DNA of 63,979 bases, counting the filler, from a bacterium (GTDB taxonomy: Bacteria > JBBIVP01), in NCBI GenBank assembly GCA_037439705.1. It is 8 parts of 8 records of this genome, joined end to end, with 100 filler letters (N's around TTAATTAATTAA, not from the genome) between each part and the next. Parts side by side here need not be neighbours in the genome. Positions count along the whole stretch, not along the records: positions 56,261 to 63,979 come from JBBIVP010000105.1; 7 more parts are not named here. The stretch is one strand, 5' to 3'. Position numbers and translations under genes: made by a program. Below the pieces are notes generated by a model, which worked only from the letters and a program-made list of their open reading frames with translations, searched no databases and was not told the DNA's origin. Positions 60,365-63,979 of the stretch are shown piece after piece (positions within the stretch are counted from its first letter, which is position 1; every line of letters begins with the position of its first letter).

Positions 60365-62475
60365 TCCCTCCCCAGATGAAATATTCTGTATTTATCAAGG
60401 TAGGCTTTATAGCCATGAGGAATTAAGAATGTGGTGGCAGGAGCCTCTATTATGGATGGTCCCTTTATCTCAGCTCCGGGTTTAAGTAAGTCCATCTCAT
60501 AAACGGATGCGCTCCACCACTCATCCTTCCAGTAAATTTTTCTTCTTCCTTTCAAAGCGGATTCGACTTTAAAAGGAGCTTCCTTTTCTTCTGGAATCAC
60601 TGGTTTCACTGTGGGATAATTTCCTATCATTTGAGCCTTTGTGATTATGTATCCAGCTTCCTTTGACTTTGCAGCCCTTGCAAATATCCTTTCAAAAAGC
60701 ACATCAAATCTCTCCGCAAGCTTTATCATCTCTTCACCGGAATTTATTCCATAGGCATTTACTTCAAGGTCATCAAGCATGCCTCTATATTGCATCCTTA
60801 CATAAGGGATGAAAATTATTTTTTCTTCATCAAATCCCGACCTCCTGAATTCCTCCCTTATCCTTTCCATTAATCTTCCCCATGCCATTGAAAGATATGC
60901 GAAAACGAAATCCGAATTGCTGAAATCGGGCTCAAGGATGAGGTCAACGCTCTCATCAAAACGAATTGCAAAATCTGCGCAGGCGCATCCAAATGCTGAA
61001 AAAGCAGGCGCCCATGTTGGGATAAGAACATCCTGAAAATTCAATCCCTCTGTATAACCAGCCACATGAAGCGGACCACCTCCTCCGTAGGATATGAGAA
61101 CATAATTTTCGGGCGCAAAACCAAGTCCAAGTATCTGGGCATAAAGGTAATCCTTCATAATTTGATTTACCAATTCATATATTCCAAAAGAAGCCTTCTC
61201 AACAGAAATGGAAAGTTTTTTTGCAACCTCCTTTTCCACATAAACCTTCGCCCTTTCAACATCAAGTTTCACATCCCCTCCGAGGAAGTAATCAGGATTG
61301 AGATACCCCAGAAGAAGATTGCAATCCGTTATAGTGGGCGTCTCCAGTTTTGCTTCTGGATAGCATGTTCCAATTTTTGCTCCTGCACTATCTGGACCAA
61401 GAAGAACTTTATCAGTTGCCGGGTCAAGCCTTATGAATGTCCCACATCCTGCTCCTATTGAATCCATAACAATCGCAGGAATTGTCAGAAGTAGCCTTGC
61501 TATACGAGGTTCTGTTGTGATTGTATAATGCCCCTCCGTGATAAGCCCAACATCAAAGGATGTCCCACCAACATCGGTGCATGCCACATTCTTTAACCCG
61601 AGGAGGTCAGCCACAAATTTTGAGCCCATTATTCCTCCAACAGGACCTGATATTAAAGCGCTCACAAGCCATTCACTATCAGGAGAAATGCTCGTTCCAT
61701 AGGAAGTTATTATGCGAATCTCGCCCTTTGCGCCCAGTTCCTTCAGGGTATTTCTCATAATTTTTACCTGCTCGTTCAAGCCCCTCGCACAGGTAACCTC
61801 AACAAGAAGGGTGTTGAGCCTTGGAAGTTCCCCCCTTATAGGATTATGCCTTGACGAAAGATATACGGGTATCTCAACTTTTCTTTTTGAAAGTTGATCT
61901 TTTATTATTGCTTCTGCTTCAAGTTCATGCTGTGGATTCCGATAAGAAAACAAAAAGCACACACAAATAGCCTTGACATTATTTCTCAAAAAATAGTCCA
62001 CAGCATCTATCACATCCCTCTCGTAAAGTGGTATAAAATCAGAACCCATAAAATCAATTCTCTCTCTCACCCCCTTTATCAAGTGAAGGGGAACAAGCGG
62101 CTCATCATAATGATGAGAAACAGCGTGGAGCCTTTCTTTGTATGGATAATCAAGGTATGACTGAACACCCCTTCCAAATCTTAGAATGTCCTCAAATCCT
62201 GCTGTTATTATCACCCCCACAGGTCCTTCAAGTTTCCTTGTAAGAAGTTTATTTATGAGGGTAGTCCCTGCGTATGTCACAATCTCTACTGCCCTCACCC
62301 CTTCTTCAAAGGGGATATTTCCTCTTTTAAAAGCATCCCTCAAAGAATTGAGAAATCCAACCGTTTCATTTTCAGGAGTGGTTTTGGCTTTTCCTATGTA
62401 GAACCTTCCCTTTTCGTCCACCACAAATGTATCGGTCATCGTTCCGCCTGTATCTATTGAGACTATGTATCCCAT
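60361..62475 (-). CDS. acxA: Acetone carboxylase beta subunit-like (hydantoinase A family)
   Basis: IDTGGTMTDTF, GKAKTTP, SGPVGG, DVGGTSFD, YGGGGPLH, WAPAFSAFGCACAD. Confidence 0.92.
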   Translation of the reverse strand: MGYIVSIDTGGTMTDTFVVDEKGRFYIGKAKTTPENETVGFLNSLRDAFKRGNIPFEEGVRAVEIVTYAGTTLINKLLTRKLEGPVGVIITAGFEDILRFGRGVQSYLDYPYKERLHAVSHHYDEPLVPLHLIKGVRERIDFMGSDFIPLYERDVIDAVDYFLRNNVKAICVCFLFSYRNPQHELEAEAIIKDQLSKRKVEIPVYLSSRHNPIRGELPRLNTLLVEVTCARGLNEQVKIMRNTLKELGAKGEIRIITSYGTSISPDSEWLVSALISGPVGGIMGSKFVADLLGLKNVACTDVGGTSFDVGLITEGHYTITTEPRIARLLLTIPAIVMDSIGAGCGTFIRLDPATDKVLLGPDSAGAKIGTCYPEAKLETPTITDCNLLLGYLNPDYFLGGDVKLDVERAKVYVEKEVAKKLSISVEKASFGIYELVNQIMKDYLYAQILGLGFAPENYVLISYGGGGPLHVAGYTEGLNFQDVLIPTWAPAFSAFGCACADFAIRFDESVDLILEPDFSNSDFVFAYLSMAWGRLMERIREEFRRSGFDEEKIIFIPYVRMQYRGMLDDLEVNAYGINSGEEMIKLAERFDVLFERIFARAAKSKEAGYIITKAQMIGNYPTVKPVIPEEKEAPFKVESALKGRRKIYWKDEWWSASVYEMDLLKPGAEIKGPSIIEAPATTFLIPHGYKAYLDKYRIFHLGRE

Positions 62476-62478
62476 CCC

Positions 62479-63156
62479 TCACTCATTCCACTCTTCAACA
62501 ATTTTTCCGAACACAAAATTCATGTCAAGAATCGCTGTATTTGCTGTTAGAACCTGCTCCGGAAGGAGTGGCTCAAAATCTTCAAGCTCTGTGGAATAAA
62601 TGTTTAATGAAAGAAGACGAGCCTCTTTTATCTTCTTCCACTTTAAAGGCGGATCCATTTCTATAAGTTGCCTTTTCACCCATTTCCCCTCAGGGTCTAT
62701 AATTCTTTTCAAAACATAGTAGTTTGCTGTCTGATAGGGGATGGTATCCGCATCTCCTGTTTCTTCTATCTCCATTGACACAAGGCATTTTCCATTTTTT
62801 AATAACTGACATCTTGTAAAATTGCCTTTCTGATAGAAAGAAAACTCTCCCATTCTCTTCGGGAAACCCCATACATCCCTTCCGCCGAGGTAGGCTTCAT
62901 CAGTGGTCACATACACAAGAGGTGTGTAGAGACCAATTTTTCCTCCTCTTTCCACCACTATAAAAACCAGAAGTTCATCGTAGGGACCGATAGAAGAAGA
63001 TTTGTAAGATGCAAAAGTGAAAGAGGCAATTTGGGGTGATGGAGCATTTAATCCCTTTGGAAGGTGAAAGGGCTTTTTGAGGGTAAAAGAACATGCCCAT
63101 ATCTTTGCATCTGGATACTCCCACGGAGGGAGTGGTGTAACACAGTACTCCTTCAT
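62479..63156 (-). CDS. Acetoacetate decarboxylase-like (ADC superfamily) protein
   Basis: PLPPW.Y, GPYDE, YVTTDEAYLGGRDVWGFPKR with the Schiff-base Lys position retained. Confidence 0.85.
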   Translation of the reverse strand: MKEYCVTPLPPWEYPDAKIWACSFTLKKPFHLPKGLNAPSPQIASFTFASYKSSSIGPYDELLVFIVVERGGKIGLYTPLVYVTTDEAYLGGRDVWGFPKRMGEFSFYQKGNFTRCQLLKNGKCLVSMEIEETGDADTIPYQTANYYVLKRIIDPEGKWVKRQLIEMDPPLKWKKIKEARLLSLNIYSTELEDFEPLLPEQVLTANTAILDMNFVFGKIVEEWNE

Positions 63157-63860
63157 TTTACACCTCCTTTTTTATTTCTAATTTTATCAAGTCTATCCAT
63201 AATCATCCTGTAATGAAGAGGAGAGAGCATTTCTGAAACAAAAAGAACAGCAGTTTTTCCGAGTTCAGCAATCTTATCCGGTGGAAGCCTTCCGAAGGTA
63301 ATCCTGTTGAAAATTTTGAATTCCCTGTCAATTAATGATTCCATAGCGTGAACGAAAACCTTCAGCTCTTCAATCTGAAACCCATTGTCTTCGTTTATAC
63401 CACTTTCCCTCATCCTCGCTACAAGCGAAAGGATTTTTAAATCCTCTTTTAAAAACCCTCCACCTTTAAAAGAAAGAATCCCTATTTTCACGAGCCTCCT
63501 TATAAATTCTTCAGATAAACCGCTCTTTTCCTTCATCTCCTCCATCCTGTATTTCTTCTTTTTTGAAAACTCCTCAAGGATAGAGAGGTCAACCCTCAAA
63601 AATTCATCCTTTTCAATCACTTTCTTTATTACTTTTAGAGGCAGAAATCTCTTCTCCTGAAGTTCTTTGATTTTAACGACTCTGTCAACAGTGGATGGAG
63701 AATAATATATCATCCTTTTGTTTTCCCTTATTACTTTTGGTAGAAGCCCCATCTTTAAGTAATGATGAACAGTTGCTTTTGTAACACCTGTCTTTTTGAT
63801 TACCTCTCCTATTTTAAGATATCCGTCAGCCTTTTTGTTATTTCCTTTTATCCCTTTCAT
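63153..63860 (-). CDS. MerR-family transcriptional regulator with two HTH-like units
   Basis: LKIGEVIKKTGVTKATVHHYLKMGLLP; second unit YRMEEMKEKSGLSEEFIRRLVKIGIL. Confidence 0.9.
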   Translation of the reverse strand: MKGIKGNNKKADGYLKIGEVIKKTGVTKATVHHYLKMGLLPKVIRENKRMIYYSPSTVDRVVKIKELQEKRFLPLKVIKKVIEKDEFLRVDLSILEEFSKKKKYRMEEMKEKSGLSEEFIRRLVKIGILSFKGGGFLKEDLKILSLVARMRESGINEDNGFQIEELKVFVHAMESLIDREFKIFNRITFGRLPPDKIAELGKTAVLFVSEMLSPLHYRMIMDRLDKIRNKKGGVK

Positions 63861-63864
63861 AATC

Positions 63865-63919
63865 TATAATGTATAAGGTTTCACATTATAATTTTACAGA
63901 AAAAGAAATCAAATGTCAA
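63865..63919 (-). promoter_or_regulatory. Sigma-70 promoter followed by a 26-bp inverted-repeat operator
   Basis: TTGACA-N17-TAAAAT (63919-63891), then TATAATGT-N10-ACATTATA (63865-63890). Confidence 0.75.
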
Positions 63920-63979
63920 GGTGGCGGCGTTCCTCAAAAATAATCTCTATGAAAAGGGTTTGTTTCCTCAAAATAATTG

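Overview
The window is not one locus. It is eight unrelated contigs of about 8 kb (8076, 8037, 8035, 8028, 7819, 7797, 7768 and 7719 bp, in descending size) joined by artificial 100-nt N/TTAATTAATTAA linkers. They appear to come from an AT-rich, Lys/Glu-rich diderm bacterium, probably a thermophile from a metagenome bin (inference). Contents by contig: (1) eukaryote-type citrate synthase and an alpha-glucan cluster; (2) tgt-yajC-secDF-argH-GT2 plus orphans; (3) acyl-CoA ligase, a frameshifted beta-barrel gene and maoC-ACAD-ileS-lspA; (4) an AioX-like binding protein/kinase/sigma-54 regulator plus mobA, divergent from a Tat-exported Mo-oxidoreductase, an FeS subunit, a diheme lipoprotein and TorD; (5) tadABC followed by PEGA, PKD and Kelch-like exported proteins; (6) wza-wzc-ACAD-cpsB-murJ divergent from atpDC; (7) a porin and hemEH-[GH18, NTF2]-hemY; (8) a MerR-adc-like-acxABC-dctP-OYE operon. 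The best candidates for undescribed systems are the oxyanion-sensing Mo-enzyme locus with non-Arr/non-Arx active-site motifs and the acetone-carboxylase-like operon carrying a Schiff-base decarboxylase-like gene. An 11-residue peptide shared by two adjacent unrelated genes through synonymous codons is also notable. Several single-base lesions may be assembly errors. All calls come from motif reading; no database searches were run.
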